Notes: generated by a model not told the origin, from the letters alone. 64,000 nucleotides of DNA from Nannocystis bainbridge (GCF_028368995.1 NZ_JAQNDL010000001.1:1952001-2016000), one strand, 5' to 3'. Positions 47,341-59,983 are shown, counted from the first letter of the stretch. A program made the numbers and translations.

Positions 47341-49077
47341 TCAGGACTGAGGGGCCTGCGCGCGCCGACCGGCGCGCGGCTCTTTCTTGCGCGGCGGCGT
47401 CGCCCGGGCCTCGGCGATCAGCGCGTGCGCGTGTTCGCGGGCGCTGGTGGTCACGCGCGAGCCGCCGAGCATGCGCGCCAGCTCCTCGACGCGCTCCTCG
47501 TCGGACAGCTTGACCACGCGGGTGATCGTGCGGCCGGCCTGGGTGTGCTTCTCGACCCGGAAGTGGGCGTCGGCGAACGCGGCGATCTGCGGCAGGTGGG
47601 TGATGCAGAGCACCTGGCGCTGGCGCGACGCCGCGTGCAGGCGGCGGCCGATCGCCTCGGCCACCGCGCCGCCGACCCCCGCGTCGACCTCGTCGAACAC
47701 GTAGGTCGTGACCGCGTCGCCGGTCGACAGCACGCTCTTGACCGCCAGCAGCACGCGCGACAGCTCGCCGCCCGAGGCCACGCGGTTGAGCGGCGCCACC
47801 GGCTCGCCCGGGTTGGCCGAGAACATGAACTCGACCCGGTCGAGCCCGCGCGGCCCGAGCTGCGCCGGCGGCAGCTCTTCCACCCTGGCCTCGAGCCGGG
47901 CCCGCGGGATGTGCAGCGCCGCCAGCTCGGCCTCGACCGCGCGCGCCAGCCCCTCGGCGGCCGCGGCCCGGCGCGCGTGCAGCTGGCCCGCGCGCTGCAG
48001 GCACTTGCCGCGCAGCTCCTGCTCGCGGGCGTCGAGCGCCTCGAGGTGCGAATCGGCGTGCTCGAGCTGCGACAGCTCCTCGCGCATCGCCGTCAGCTTG
48101 GCCGGCAGCGCCTCGAGGTCGCCGCCGTGCTTGCGCTTCAGCGTCTCGAGGTCGTGCAGGCGCTCCTCGACCTGCTCGAGGTCACCTGGCTCGAAGGACA
48201 TCTCGTTGGCGAACCGGGCCGCCGCCGCCGCCGCCTCCTCGCACGCCACCTGGGCCGCCACCAGCTGCTCCTGGATCTCCCCCAGCAGGCGCGAGCTGTC
48301 GGCCCCGCGCCGGGCCTCGTCGAGCAGCATCGCCAGGCGGCCCGCGATCGCGTCGTCCGACTCGTACAGCACGTCGTGAGCCTGGCGGGCGAACGCGGCC
48401 CAGCGGTGGGCGTCGCGCAGCAGCAGCGCCCGCTGGCGCAGCCCGACCAGCTCCCCCGGCTCCGGGCTCACGCGATCGATCTCCTCGATCTGGAAGCGCA
48501 GGAAATCGGCCCGCGCCGCCCCCTCGGCCGCGCGCCGGCGCAGGTCGGCCGCCGCCTGGGCCGCCGCCTGCCACTCGCGGTACTGCTCGGCGTAGGTCGT
48601 CGCATCGCCGTCGAGCCCGGCGTAGGCGTCGAGCAGGTCGATGTGGCGGGCCACGTGCGTCAGCGAGTGGTGCTCGTGCTGGCTGCAGATGTCGATCAGC
48701 TGCTCGCCGACCCGCTCGAGCATGCCCTGCGTGGTCAGCACCGCCTGGACCACCGAGCGCCCGCGGCCGGCCCGGCCGACCACGCGCTCCAGCACCAGCG
48801 CCTCGCGGCCCTCGGCGATCCCCAGCTCGTCGAGCGCCGGGGCCAGCCGCCGCAGCGTCCCGGCGTCGAGCTCGAACTGCGCGCTGGTCCGGGCCGCGTC
48901 GGCCCCCTGGCGCACGATCTCGGCCCGTCCGCGGGCCCCTCGCAGCAGCGCCAGGGCGTCGACGATGATCGACTTGCCCGCGCCGGTCTCACCGGTGAGG
49001 ACGTTCATCCCGCGCCCCAGCTCGAGGCCGACGTCGTCGAGCAGGGCGAGCCCGCGGATGTGCAAGTAGCTGAGCAC
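47341..49077 (-). CDS. recN: DNA repair protein RecN
   Basis: [10 protein letters not shown] Walker [24 protein letters not shown] and [10 protein letters not shown]. Confidence 0.97.
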   Translation of the reverse strand: MLSYLHIRGLALLDDVGLELGRGMNVLTGETGAGKSIIVDALALLRGARGRAEIVRQGADAARTSAQFELDAGTLRRLAPALDELGIAEGREALVLERVVGRAGRGRSVVQAVLTTQGMLERVGEQLIDICSQHEHHSLTHVARHIDLLDAYAGLDGDATTYAEQYREWQAAAQAAADLRRRAAEGAARADFLRFQIEEIDRVSPEPGELVGLRQRALLLRDAHRWAAFARQAHDVLYESDDAIAGRLAMLLDEARRGADSSRLLGEIQEQLVAAQVACEEAAAAAARFANEMSFEPGDLEQVEERLHDLETLKRKHGGDLEALPAKLTAMREELSQLEHADSHLEALDAREQELRGKCLQRAGQLHARRAAAAEGLARAVEAELAALHIPRARLEARVEELPPAQLGPRGLDRVEFMFSANPGEPVAPLNRVASGGELSRVLLAVKSVLSTGDAVTTYVFDEVDAGVGGAVAEAIGRRLHAASRQRQVLCITHLPQIAAFADAHFRVEKHTQAGRTITRVVKLSDEERVEELARMLGGSRVTTSAREHAHALIAEARATPPRKKEPRAGRRAQAPQS

Positions 49078-49116
49078 GACGGCGCTATAGCATGCGCACA
49101 GCCGCGCGTCAGCGCG

Positions 49117-50034
49117 TCAGCGGGTCCGCCCGCTCATACCGGCGCTCCAGCCCAGCTTGGTGGCCAGGACCCGGAACACGCTGTACTCCGGGGGGCACAG
49201 GCGCAGCGGGTCAGGCGCGGCGCCGATGGTGATGCGGTCGCCGAGCTCGAGCGACACGCTGGTCTGGCCGTCGATCGTCAGGAAGGCGCCGCCCTCCTCC
49301 GGGCCCTCGTAGGTGATCTCGATCAGCGACGCCGCGTCGACCACCACGGGCCGGTGCGTGAGGCTGTGCGGGCAGATCGGCGTGATCGTGAAGGCGGTCG
49401 CGCTGGGCGCCACGATCGGACCGCCGGCGGCCAGGTTGTAGGCGGTCGAGCCCATCGGCGTGCACACGATCAGCCCGTCGGCCTTGTACGTGGCCATGAA
49501 CTGACCGCCGACGTCGGTCGCCAGCGCCAGCAGCCGCGGGAACTCGCCGTGCTTGATGTACGCGTCGTTGCAGGCCGCCTCGCGCAGGAACACCCGGCCG
49601 CCGCGCAGCAGCTCGATCTGCATGCGCAGCCGCGGCTCCCACGCCAGCTGCCCCTGCACCGCCGCCGCCAGCCCGACCTCCCCCTGCTCCGCCTGGTACG
49701 CGGTCAGGAAGCCGAGGTCGCCGAGGTTGATGCCCAGCACCGGCACCCCGGCCTCCGCCGCCCACCGGCTGGCGCGCAGCAGCGTGCCGTCGCCGCCGAG
49801 CGCCACCACCAGGTCGCAGCCCTCGGCCAACCCCTCGCAGCTCTCCACCACCTCCGCGCCCTCGCGTCGCAGCGCCGCGGCGCCGCTGTCGTCGGGCAGC
49901 GCGCAGACCTTGACCGCGACCGCGTGCTCGCGCAGCCAGCGGGTCGCGTTGACGGTCGCCTCGAACGCCCGCGCACCGTCGCGCGGGTAGAGGAGGACGC
50001 GGCGGACCGCGGCGATCGGTACACGCTTCGACAT
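49117..50034 (-). CDS. nadK: NAD kinase
   Basis: LGGDGTLL, GINLGDLGFL, ADGLIVCTPMGSTAYNLAAGGP, syntenic with recN. Confidence 0.96.
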   Translation of the reverse strand: MSKRVPIAAVRRVLLYPRDGARAFEATVNATRWLREHAVAVKVCALPDDSGAAALRREGAEVVESCEGLAEGCDLVVALGGDGTLLRASRWAAEAGVPVLGINLGDLGFLTAYQAEQGEVGLAAAVQGQLAWEPRLRMQIELLRGGRVFLREAACNDAYIKHGEFPRLLALATDVGGQFMATYKADGLIVCTPMGSTAYNLAAGGPIVAPSATAFTITPICPHSLTHRPVVVDAASLIEITYEGPEEGGAFLTIDGQTSVSLELGDRITIGAAPDPLRLCPPEYSVFRVLATKLGWSAGMSGRTR

Positions 50035-50972
50035 CAGTCGTCGGGCGAGTAGAGGTAACCCTGGTGCTGGAACAGGCAGATCTTGCCACCCTGCTCGCGC
50101 CGGGCCCGCTCGAGCGCGGCGTCGACGAGGTCGAGCAGGTCCTGCAGCGAGCGGGTGTCCTTGTTGGGATAAAACGACACGCCGATCGACACCGAGAACC
50201 CGCTCGTCGCCGCGGTGCGGACCGCCGAGGGGTGCAGCAGCGGCCGCCGGGCCTCGCGCGCGACCCGTTCGGCGACCGTCAGCGCCCCCGGGAAGTGCGT
50301 GTTGGGCAGCACCAGCAAGTACCCGCGATCGTCGGTGCGCTGCACGAGGTCGATCTTGCGGACGTTGCCCTCGATGATCGCGTGCAGCGCCGGCGTCAGC
50401 TCCGCCGCCGGCCGCGCGCCCTCGGGCTCGTCGACCTCGATGCGCAAGCAGGCCAGCGGGTCGCTGTAGCGCTCGGCCCGCTCGAACTCCTCCTGCAGGC
50501 GCCGGCGGAACTCGTCGGCGCCCAGCTCGACCCGCCGCGCCCGCGGGCCGTCGCCCTCGGCGCCGTCGCCGAGCGAGAACTGCGCCCGCGTCCGCAGCAG
50601 CACGTCGATGCGCGCGCGCAGCTCGTCGGGGTTGTAGGGCTTGCCGAGGTAGTCGTCGGCGCCGCTGCGGAGGCCCTCGACGCGGGCGTTGACCGAGTTG
50701 CGGGTGCTGACCATGAGGACCGGCAGGAACCCGCTGGCCTTGGCCTTGAGGATCCGGCACACCTCGAGGCCGCCGATCCTGGGCATGACGACGTCGAGCA
50801 TGACCAGCGCCGGGCGCTCCCTGTTGAACAGCTCCAGCACCTGCTGGCCGTCGTTCGCCTCGACCACCACGAAGCCGGCTTCGGTGAGCACCGAGCGCGC
50901 CGTGGCCCGCTCGCCCGGCGAGTCGTCGGCGACCAGGATCTTCACGCCGGAGCTGGACTGGCCCGCGGTCAC
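50034..50972 (-). CDS. Response regulator with a degenerate GGDEF domain
   Basis: ILVADD, LDVVMP and DYLGKP (REC). RKID-x5-DDRGY replaces RxxD-x5-GGDEF, followed by SVSIGVS and ALERAR..G. Confidence 0.88.
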   Translation of the reverse strand: MTAGQSSSGVKILVADDSPGERATARSVLTEAGFVVVEANDGQQVLELFNRERPALVMLDVVMPRIGGLEVCRILKAKASGFLPVLMVSTRNSVNARVEGLRSGADDYLGKPYNPDELRARIDVLLRTRAQFSLGDGAEGDGPRARRVELGADEFRRRLQEEFERAERYSDPLACLRIEVDEPEGARPAAELTPALHAIIEGNVRKIDLVQRTDDRGYLLVLPNTHFPGALTVAERVAREARRPLLHPSAVRTAATSGFSVSIGVSFYPNKDTRSLQDLLDLVDAALERARREQGGKICLFQHQGYLYSPDD

Positions 50973-51224
50973 CCCGTTCAGCTCACCTTCCGGCCCGCCG
51001 GGCCGACGCCTTCGGGCCCGGGGCGCCGAGGGGATTGTGTCTGCCCGGAAACCACTCGCCCCAGTATGTCCGAGTCGTCGCCAGGGGCCCAGCCCTCTCC
51101 CCGCCGGCGACCCCGGCGGAGATCGCCCACCCGCTCCCCGCCCGGAATGTGAGTCTGAGCCCGAACCTCCCGCCCCATCGCAGCCAGGAGCCTCCCAGGG
51201 CGACGCCGACGCCGCGACCCGCGC

Positions 51225-51253
51225 TTGACAGCCCCGGAGGGCTCGCGTATCCA
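51225..51253 (+). promoter_or_regulatory. Sigma70-type promoter of rplM-rpsI
   Basis: TTGACA, 17 bp, TATCCA, ending 10 bp before the ATG. The -10 match is imperfect. Confidence 0.55.
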
Positions 51254-51263
51254 TCCCCGGCCC

Positions 51264-51698
51264 ATGGGTACGCACTACCCCAATCCCGCCGATATCCGCC
51301 GCGACTGGCTGCTGATCGATCTCACCGGTCTGACCCTCGGTCGCGCTGCGAGTCAGATCGCCAACATCCTTCGCGGCAAGCACAAGGCCACGTTCACCCC
51401 GCATCTCGATGTGGGTGACTTCGTGATCTGCGTCAACGCCGACAAGGTCAAGCTCACCGGCGACAAGCTCGACAAGAAGTTTTACTACTTCAACTCGGGC
51501 TTCCCGGGCGGCATGAAGTCCGCTTCGGCGCGCACCCTGCTCGGCAAGAAGCCGGAAGAGCTGATCACCATCGCGGTCCGCCGCATGCTTCCCCGCTCGC
51601 CGCTGGGTCGCGCCACCGTGAGCAAGCTCAAGGTGTTCGCCGGGCCCGAGCACAATCACCAGGCGCAGCAGCCCAAGCCCTACAAGCTCCCGTTCTGA
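51264..51698 (+). CDS. rplM: 50S ribosomal protein L13
   Basis: [36 protein letters not shown] and HQAQQP. Confidence 0.98.
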   Translation: MGTHYPNPADIRRDWLLIDLTGLTLGRAASQIANILRGKHKATFTPHLDVGDFVICVNADKVKLTGDKLDKKFYYFNSGFPGGMKSASARTLLGKKPEELITIAVRRMLPRSPLGRATVSKLKVFAGPEHNHQAQQPKPYKLPF

Positions 51699-51723
51699 CA
51701 CTCCAGCACCCACGGTTCGTCTC

Positions 51724-52122
51724 ATGGCCAAAGACACGATGAAGTACTACGCCACCGGCCGTCGCAAGAGCGCGATTGCCCGCGTGTGGCTGTTCCCCGG
51801 CGAGGGCAAGATCCTGATCAACCGCCGCGAGGCCGACAGCTACCTCTGCCGCCCGACCAACCTCAAGCTCATCGAGCAGCCCCTGGTCGCCGCCGGTAGC
51901 CGCGAGAAGTACGACATTTGGGCCACCGCCAACGGCGGCGGTCTGTCCGGCCAGGCCGGCGCGATCCGCCTCGGCATCGCTCGCGCCCTCCTGCAGATCG
52001 ACCCCGAGGCTCGCTCGTCGCTCAAGAGCGCCGGCTACCTCACCCGTGACTCCCGCGCCGTCGAGCGCAAGAAGTACGGCCGCGCCGGCGCCCGCCGTCG
52101 CTTCCAGTTCAGCAAGCGCTGA
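51724..52122 (+). CDS. rpsI: 30S ribosomal protein S9
   Basis: [31 protein letters not shown] and [16 protein letters not shown]. Confidence 0.98.
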   Translation: MAKDTMKYYATGRRKSAIARVWLFPGEGKILINRREADSYLCRPTNLKLIEQPLVAAGSREKYDIWATANGGGLSGQAGAIRLGIARALLQIDPEARSSLKSAGYLTRDSRAVERKKYGRAGARRRFQFSKR

Positions 52123-52199
52123 GCCCCCTGGCGCTCGCGCCCCCGAGAGCGGAGCTTCACAGCTCCGCTCTCGCTGCTTTCGGCGCCCGAGATACCGAC

Positions 52200-52770
52200 T
52201 GTCTCTCGGGGGCATGTCCCCTGCGACCTGCACGTTCGGACATGTCCTCAGGAGCATGTCTGGTCGTACCCGGGATGCTCCCGCAGCGGCGACCCGCGGC
52301 TGGACTCCACCCGGTTCCGCGGCCTCATGCTTCAGTCCCCGCCGCGCGGCTGGACCTCGACGCGGATCCGCGGCCTCGTGCCTCAGTGCCCGTAGCGACT
52401 GGGCCCGACCCGGATCCGCGGCCTCATGCCTCAGTCCCCGCCGCGCGGCTGGGCTCGCTCCGGACCCGCGGCCTCGTGCTCCGGTCCCCGTCGCGCGGCT
52501 GGGCTCGGCCGGGCCCGCGGCCTCGTGCTTCACAGGCGAGGGAACCTCGCGGCGTATCCCGACGGGTGAGCTCTACGCGGGTCGTTCGACCCCACTCGCC
52601 CCTGCGACCCGCATGCTCCGCCCCGGTCCGTGCATCCGCAACGACGGCCACGGTCGTCGGCGCCAGGGATCGCCTCCTCGATTCGCCCCGTGCCCTCGGA
52701 CACGCCTGCGCCCGCCGCCGCATGGCCCCGTGCTCTCGGACACGCCTGCGCCCGTCGCATGGGCCCCGCG
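52200..52770. repeat. Composite intergenic repeat region: 14-bp units, five roughly 50-bp tandem copies, two 40-bp copies
   Basis: 14-bp units at 52215-52256; CCGCGGCCTCRTGC at 52317, 52368, 52416, 52466 and 52515; CCCCGTGCYCTCGGACACGCCTGCGCCCG at about 52686 and 52726. Confidence 0.85.
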
Positions 52771-52817
52771 ACGGCGGCCTCGCGGACCGCCGTCACCTCT
52801 CTCCGAGCTCCTGACCC

Positions 52818-53513
52818 CTAGTCCAGGTCGAGGTCGCCGTCGCCTTCCTCGTGGCGTCGACGCCCGCGGCCGGCGCGTTTCTTCGGGCCGTCGCTCTCGT
52901 CGCGGTCCCGGTCCCGGTCCCGGTCCCGGTCCTTCCGCCCGCGGCCCTCGGCGGGTGGGGGTTCCGGAGGTGGCGCCGCCACGAAGCCTCGCGCGGGCGG
53001 CCCGCCGCGGTCGTGGCTCGGGCCTGAATCGAAGTTGCGAGACGGCCGCCCCGGTCCGGCGGGCGGGCCCGGCGGACGCGAGCCGAACCCGCGATCGTTC
53101 GGCGGGCCTGGCGGGCGCGAGCCGAACCCGCGGTCGCCCGGCGATCCCTCGCGCGGCGGCAGCGGGCGCGAGTCGGGTCCGCCGCGATCATTGAAAGAAC
53201 GGCCCGGCCCACCGGGGCGCGGGCCATCGCCCGGGCGCGGCGGGCCATCGAGGCGCGGTCCACGGGGCTTGTCCTCGGCCACGCTCACGCGGATCTGCCG
53301 CATGTCGAGCGTCGCGCCGTCCATCGCTTGCATCGCCGCTTCGGTGTCGGCCGGGTCCTGGAACGCGACGAAGCCGAAGCCCCGCGATCGTCCGGTCTCA
53401 CGGTCGGTCACGACCTTCGCTTCGGTCACGGCGCCGAAGTTTGCAAATGCGGCTCTCAATCCCTCGTCGGTCGTGTTCCAGCTCAGGCCACCGACAAATA
53501 ATTTCCTCGCCAT
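52818..53513 (-). CDS. RRM RNA-binding protein with a long Gly/Pro/Arg-rich tail
   Basis: KLFVGGL (RNP2), RSRGFGFV (RNP1), C-terminal DR repeats. Confidence 0.93.
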   Translation of the reverse strand: MARKLFVGGLSWNTTDEGLRAAFANFGAVTEAKVVTDRETGRSRGFGFVAFQDPADTEAAMQAMDGATLDMRQIRVSVAEDKPRGPRLDGPPRPGDGPRPGGPGRSFNDRGGPDSRPLPPREGSPGDRGFGSRPPGPPNDRGFGSRPPGPPAGPGRPSRNFDSGPSHDRGGPPARGFVAAPPPEPPPAEGRGRKDRDRDRDRDRDESDGPKKRAGRGRRRHEEGDGDLDLD

Positions 53514-53805
53514 TCTCTCTTCGCTCTGCGCGTGCGCGCGGCGCCTCACTTCGGATGCTGCGCGCGAACCATGCCTTCTGTCAATCGGCGCCCCGGCGGC
53601 GCCGACAGCCAGACCGTCTTCCTGCTTCCATCTGCTCTCGGTCCTCTCGTCTCCCGTCCTCTCGGCCTCTCCTCTCGGCCTCTCGTCTCCGGCCACAAGC
53701 GGGGCAGAAATGTCGTACAACCCCCACGCCCTTGAGGGCGGTCCTGAACTGCGTCACGCCTCGCTCCTGGCGCCGGCGCGCCCCTCCCCGGACGGCACCC
53801 GCTTC

Positions 53806-55673
<1,868 letters not shown>

Positions 55674-55677
<4 letters not shown>

Positions 55678-57002
55678 GCGCCCCGGCCCACTGGGTGCGC
55701 TGCACCCTCGACGCCATCAAGGCCGAGACCGACAACGCGATCGCCGGCGGCCCGTTCGGCTCCGACCTCACCCAGGCCGACTACGTCGACGACCCCGACG
55801 GCGTGCCGGTGATCCGCGGCTGCAACCTCGGCCACGGCGAGCGGCGCTTCTACCCTGACGAGCTGGTGTTCGTGCACCCGGACAAGGCCGACGCGCTGCG
55901 CCGCTCGCAGGCCTACCCCGGCGACGTCATCTTCACCCAGCGCGGCACCGTCTCGCAGGTCGGCCTCGTGCCCGACGACCTGCCGTGGCGGCGCTTCGTG
56001 CTGTCGCAGAGCCAGATGAAGCTGACCTGCGACCTCGCCCGCGCCGACCCCGAGTACGTCTATTACTGGTGCCGCTCGCCCGAGGTCCAGCGCTACGTCG
56101 AGAACTGGACCATCGCCGCCGGCGTCCCGCACACCAACCTCAGCACCCTGCGCCAGACCCCGCTGCTGCTCCCGCCGCTCGCCGAGCAGCGGGCCATCGC
56201 CGCCGCCCTCTCGGCCCTCGACCGCCGGATCAGCCTGTGCGACGACCAGCGGGCCGTGCTCGTCCAGCTCGTCGACCTGCTCTTTCGGACATGGTTCATC
56301 GAACATGCGCCGACCGCCGCCAAGGAGAGCGGCCTGCGCCACCCGTCGGTCGACGAGGCGCTCCACTCGCGGCTCGCGCCCGCGTTCACCGTCGAGGCCG
56401 ACCGCAAGTTCCCGCTCGCCTACCGCCTGCTGCCGCTGACCGACCTGGCCGAGTTCCAGAACGGCAGCGCCTTCGGCCTCCCCGACTTCAGCCCGACCGG
56501 TCAGGGCCTGCCGGTCATCAAGATCGGCGAGCTCAAGCAAGGCATCACCCGCCAGACCCGCTACTGCGAGCGCCGCGACGGCGGGCGGCGCATCGATCGC
56601 GGCGACCTGCTGCTGTCCTGGTCGGGCAACCCCGACACCTCGATCGACACCTTCCTCTACTTCGGCGGCCCCGCCTGGCTCAACCAGCACATCTTCAAGA
56701 TCGCCGGCAAGCGCCCCGAGGACCGCGCCTACCTGTTCGGCCTCCTGCGCAGCCTCAAGCCGCAGCTGCTCGCCTTCGCCCGCGCCAAGCAGACCACCGG
56801 CCTCGGCCACGTCACCCTCAAGGACCTGCGCACGCTCATCATCGAGTTCCCGCCGGTGATGATGCGCGACGCCTTCGACGCCCTCACCGCCCCCTACTTC
56901 GCCAAGATCGGCGCCTGCGACGAGCTCCGCGCCGCCCTCGTCACCACCCGCGACGAGCTGCTGCTCCGCCTCATGTCGGCCCAGGCCCGCCTGCGCCCGT
57001 GA
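55674..57002 (+). CDS. hsdS: Type I R-M specificity subunit
   Basis: Two TRDs, LPPLAEQRAIAAALSALDRRI central conserved region and TRDELLLRLMS terminus, GTGA overlap with hsdM. Confidence 0.9.
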
Positions 57003-57107
57003 GCCGCACGACATGTCCCCGAGGACATGTCCCGCCGCCGCCGACCGCGTGACCCGGACCGCGCCCCGGGGTTATCGTGGTGGCCCCCGGCCTGCGGAGG
57101 CTCCCCG

Positions 57108-57500
57108 ATGAAGAAGCTCGTACGGATCTGCGCCCTCTTCAACGCCAGCATGATCGCCGCGTTCCTCGTGCCCGGCGTCCTGCCGCTGCTCGGCATCACC
57201 GTCCCGCCCTCCCCGTTCTGGCTGTGGCTGCCGGCCCTGCTGGCGCTGTTCAGCGTGCTCGTGCTGTGGGTGTCGGCCTCGGACCTGCGCCGCTACGGCA
57301 CGTTCCCCTACTGGAGCGCGATCAGCCGCCTGGCGTTCTTCTTCCTCACCTTCGCCCTCGACTTCCCCGCCACCGCCGGCCGGATCGTCGTGCTGATCGC
57401 CCTCGTCGACCTCGTCCTCGGCGTCGCCTGCCTCCGCGGCCTGCCCCGCGCCACCGGCCGCACCCCGCTGCAGCTGCTGCTCCACCGCGGCGCCGGCTGA
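57108..57500 (+). CDS. Small 4-TM membrane protein
   Basis: GGAGG RBS and four hydrophobic helices. Confidence 0.75.
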   Translation: MKKLVRICALFNASMIAAFLVPGVLPLLGITVPPSPFWLWLPALLALFSVLVLWVSASDLRRYGTFPYWSAISRLAFFFLTFALDFPATAGRIVVLIALVDLVLGVACLRGLPRATGRTPLQLLLHRGAG

Positions 57501-57585
57501 GCGCGGAGCCGGGTCCGCGCGGCGCCGACGTGCATTCACTTCTTCATGCGTATCCGACGACCTCGGCAATCGTAGCACCGCGAAA

Positions 57586-57650
57586 TGCCTTGAAGAGCAT
57601 GTCCTTCGGGACATATCCCACATGCCCGCCACGACATGTCCCTGGGGACA
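57586..57650. repeat. Two pairs of 14-bp TG..CA units
   Basis: TGCCTTGAAGAGCA+TGTCCTTCGGGACA and TGCCCGCCACGACA+TGTCCCTGGGGACA. Confidence 0.8.
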
Positions 57651-57733
57651 TACCCGCAATCCCCTCCGTGCACCTCCCCGGCGCGCGCGCTCGCTCCTGC
57701 CCATCCGCCTCCGCCCGCGCTAGATTCGCCCGC

Positions 57734-58786
57734 ATGCTCGCCCGCCTGCGCCTCTGCGCCGCGACTCTCCTGCTCGGCGCCTGCCCAGCCGCCCCCGCGA
57801 CCACCACCGACGCGACCACCACCACGACCACCACGACTCTCACCACCGGTACCACCGACCCGACCACCGGCGAGCCCGCGGGCTGGCAGGTCGCGCTCGA
57901 GCTCGGCGTCGAAAAGGGCGCGCTGTTCAGCCTGTGGGGCCCGCAGCCCGACGACGTGATCGCCGTCGGCGGCCAGGGCGTCGGCCCGACCTCGAAGGGC
58001 CTCGCCCTGCGCTGGGACGGCATCGAGTGGACCGAGCTCGCCCTCCCCCCCGGCACCCCGCGCCTGCACTGGATCGCCGGCGTCGGCGACGGCATATGGG
58101 CCGTCGGCGAGGCCGGTGCGGCGCTCCGGCGTGACGGCGACACCTGGACCTCGACCGCGACCGGCTTCGAATTGCCGCTGTGGGGCGTCTGGGGCGCCGC
58201 TCCCGACGCCGTGTGGGCGGTCGGCGGCGACGGCTTCGTCGGCGGCCCCTCCGTGCTGCGCTGGGACGGCGAAGCCTGGGCCCCCGAAATCCTGCCGCCG
58301 CTGCCCGACGGCTGCCACGCCCTCTTTAAAATCGTCGGCACCGGCCCCGCCGACATCACCGCCGTCGGCGACCTCGGCGTCATCCTGCAGTACGACGGCG
58401 CCGCCTGGACGCAGCAGGACACCGGCTCGATCGCCGACCTCATCAGCGTCAGCGGCCCCGCCGCGCACCGCCTCGCCGTCGGCGGACGCGCGAACGCGCG
58501 ACTCGCCTGGTGGGACGGCCAGCAGTGGACCGGCACCACGCTCGATCGGCCCGGCCTGTCGGGCGTGTGGCTCGACGACAGCGGCGCGGGCTTCGTCACC
58601 GGCTCGGGCGGACAGATCCTCCGCGTCACCGCGGGCAGCCTCGAGCCTGAACCAGAGGACAGCCCGACGCACCTGCTGCTGCACGCCGCGTTCGGCTTCA
58701 CCGGCGGCCCGCGCTTCGCCGTCGGGGGCAACCTCGCCGGCATGCCGCCGCACGTCGGCGTCATCCTCCGCCACCCCGGTCCGTGA
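57734..58786 (+). CDS. Lipoprotein, beta-propeller (WG..DVWAVG repeats)
   Basis: LLLGAC lipobox, poly-Thr linker, LWGVWGAAPDAVWAVG and RWDG..W repeats. Confidence 0.8.
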   Translation: MLARLRLCAATLLLGACPAAPATTTDATTTTTTTTLTTGTTDPTTGEPAGWQVALELGVEKGALFSLWGPQPDDVIAVGGQGVGPTSKGLALRWDGIEWTELALPPGTPRLHWIAGVGDGIWAVGEAGAALRRDGDTWTSTATGFELPLWGVWGAAPDAVWAVGGDGFVGGPSVLRWDGEAWAPEILPPLPDGCHALFKIVGTGPADITAVGDLGVILQYDGAAWTQQDTGSIADLISVSGPAAHRLAVGGRANARLAWWDGQQWTGTTLDRPGLSGVWLDDSGAGFVTGSGGQILRVTAGSLEPEPEDSPTHLLLHAAFGFTGGPRFAVGGNLAGMPPHVGVILRHPGP

Positions 58787-58803
58787 CCGCGTATCCTCGC
58801 CGC

Positions 58804-59505
58804 ATGCGCTTGCCTTCGCTGTCCGTCCTGCTCCTGCTCGGGGTCGCCGCCTGCACCCCCGACCCCGGCACCACCACCGACGTCGCCACGAGCACGACCA
58901 CCACTGACGGCACGAGCACGACCACCGACGCCACCACCTCCACCAGCTCGACCACCGCCCCGACCACCGGCACCCCGACCTCTGGCGAGCTCACCACGAC
59001 CAGCGACACCACCGCCAGCAGCACCACCGGCGACCCAGGTTATTGCTGGGGCTTCGACGCCGGCGCCCCCGCGCCCTTCCTCGATCTCTACGACTACCAG
59101 GACAACCAGCTCGCCAAGGGCGTCACCCTCCCGCTCGAGTGCGGCGGCCAGGGCTCGTGGATGTTCGGCCTCTACCCCGAGTTCGGCGGTTACCTGCCCG
59201 CCGGCGAGATGGTGATCTTCAACCTCACCGTCGACGTCGAGGGCTACGACATCAACCCCGCCGGCCATTTCTTCAGCGGCGAGGTCTACTACTACGTCGG
59301 CTGCGACGACGTGCTCGGCGGCGTGCTCGGCGTCGTCCCGATCATCCCGCCCGACGAGCTGCCCGATCCCGCCGTGCTCGACGGCCTGCTCGCCGAGGTC
59401 CACGTCGGGCTCGACGCCGCCGGCCAGACCCTCAGCTTCGACGCCACCATGCCGCTGTCGGCCCCGACCGAGCTGACCGAGGATGGCTGCATGTTCGGCC
59501 CCTGA
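58804..59505 (+). CDS. Thr-rich lipoprotein
   Basis: GVAAC lipobox, Thr-rich linker, LECGGQGSWM motif. Confidence 0.75.
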   Translation: MRLPSLSVLLLLGVAACTPDPGTTTDVATSTTTTDGTSTTTDATTSTSSTTAPTTGTPTSGELTTTSDTTASSTTGDPGYCWGFDAGAPAPFLDLYDYQDNQLAKGVTLPLECGGQGSWMFGLYPEFGGYLPAGEMVIFNLTVDVEGYDINPAGHFFSGEVYYYVGCDDVLGGVLGVVPIIPPDELPDPAVLDGLLAEVHVGLDAAGQTLSFDATMPLSAPTELTEDGCMFGP

Positions 59506-59556
59506 GCGCGCCTGTCCCTCGGGACATACGCCAAAACCTCGCGGAGGATCCGGCCC

Positions 59557-59862
59557 GTGAAGATGTACATTTTGATCCGCGCCAGCGTCCCGCTCGGGTT
59601 CGCCATGGTCGCCGCGGCCCACGCCTCCCTGGCCGCCTACCTGCGCTTCCGCGACGAGCCCGAGGTCACCGAGTGGCTCGCCGGTCCGTTCCGCAAGGTC
59701 GTGTGCAAGGTCGGCGACGCCGAGTTCGCCGCCGCCCGGGCCGCCGGTGATTTCGTCGTCCTCACCGAGTCCGCGCTGGACGGCGCCGAGGTGGCCCTCG
59801 CCTTCAAGCCGCGCGCCGAGTGGCCGCGCGCCTTCCAGTTCTTCCCGCTGTACCGCAGCTGA
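59557..59862 (+). CDS. Pth2-family peptidyl-tRNA hydrolase-like protein
   Basis: KMYILIR..G..AAHAS, W...FRKVVCKV, about 100 aa. Confidence 0.72.
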   Translation: MKMYILIRASVPLGFAMVAAAHASLAAYLRFRDEPEVTEWLAGPFRKVVCKVGDAEFAAARAAGDFVVLTESALDGAEVALAFKPRAEWPRAFQFFPLYRS

Positions 59863-59983
59863 ACCAACGGCGAATGCCACGACCCGCGCGCTCGCGCGAA
59901 TCGTGGCACTTCACGCCCGGGCGCCCGGGCGTCGGTGCGACCGCCGGCCTCCGTCCATCACGGAGCGGCCGGCGGCGCCGGGC

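Noticed and set aside
47020-50052. 1010-aa plus-strand ORF
   Set aside because: Shadow of recN and nadK on the opposite strand.
52317-52530. CRISPR array
   Set aside because: The intervening sequences resemble each other, so this is a tandem repeat without unique spacers.
53035-53805. Long N-terminal extension of HsdM given in the ORF track
   Set aside because: It overlaps the RRM gene on the opposite strand. The plausible start is 53806 (or 53827).
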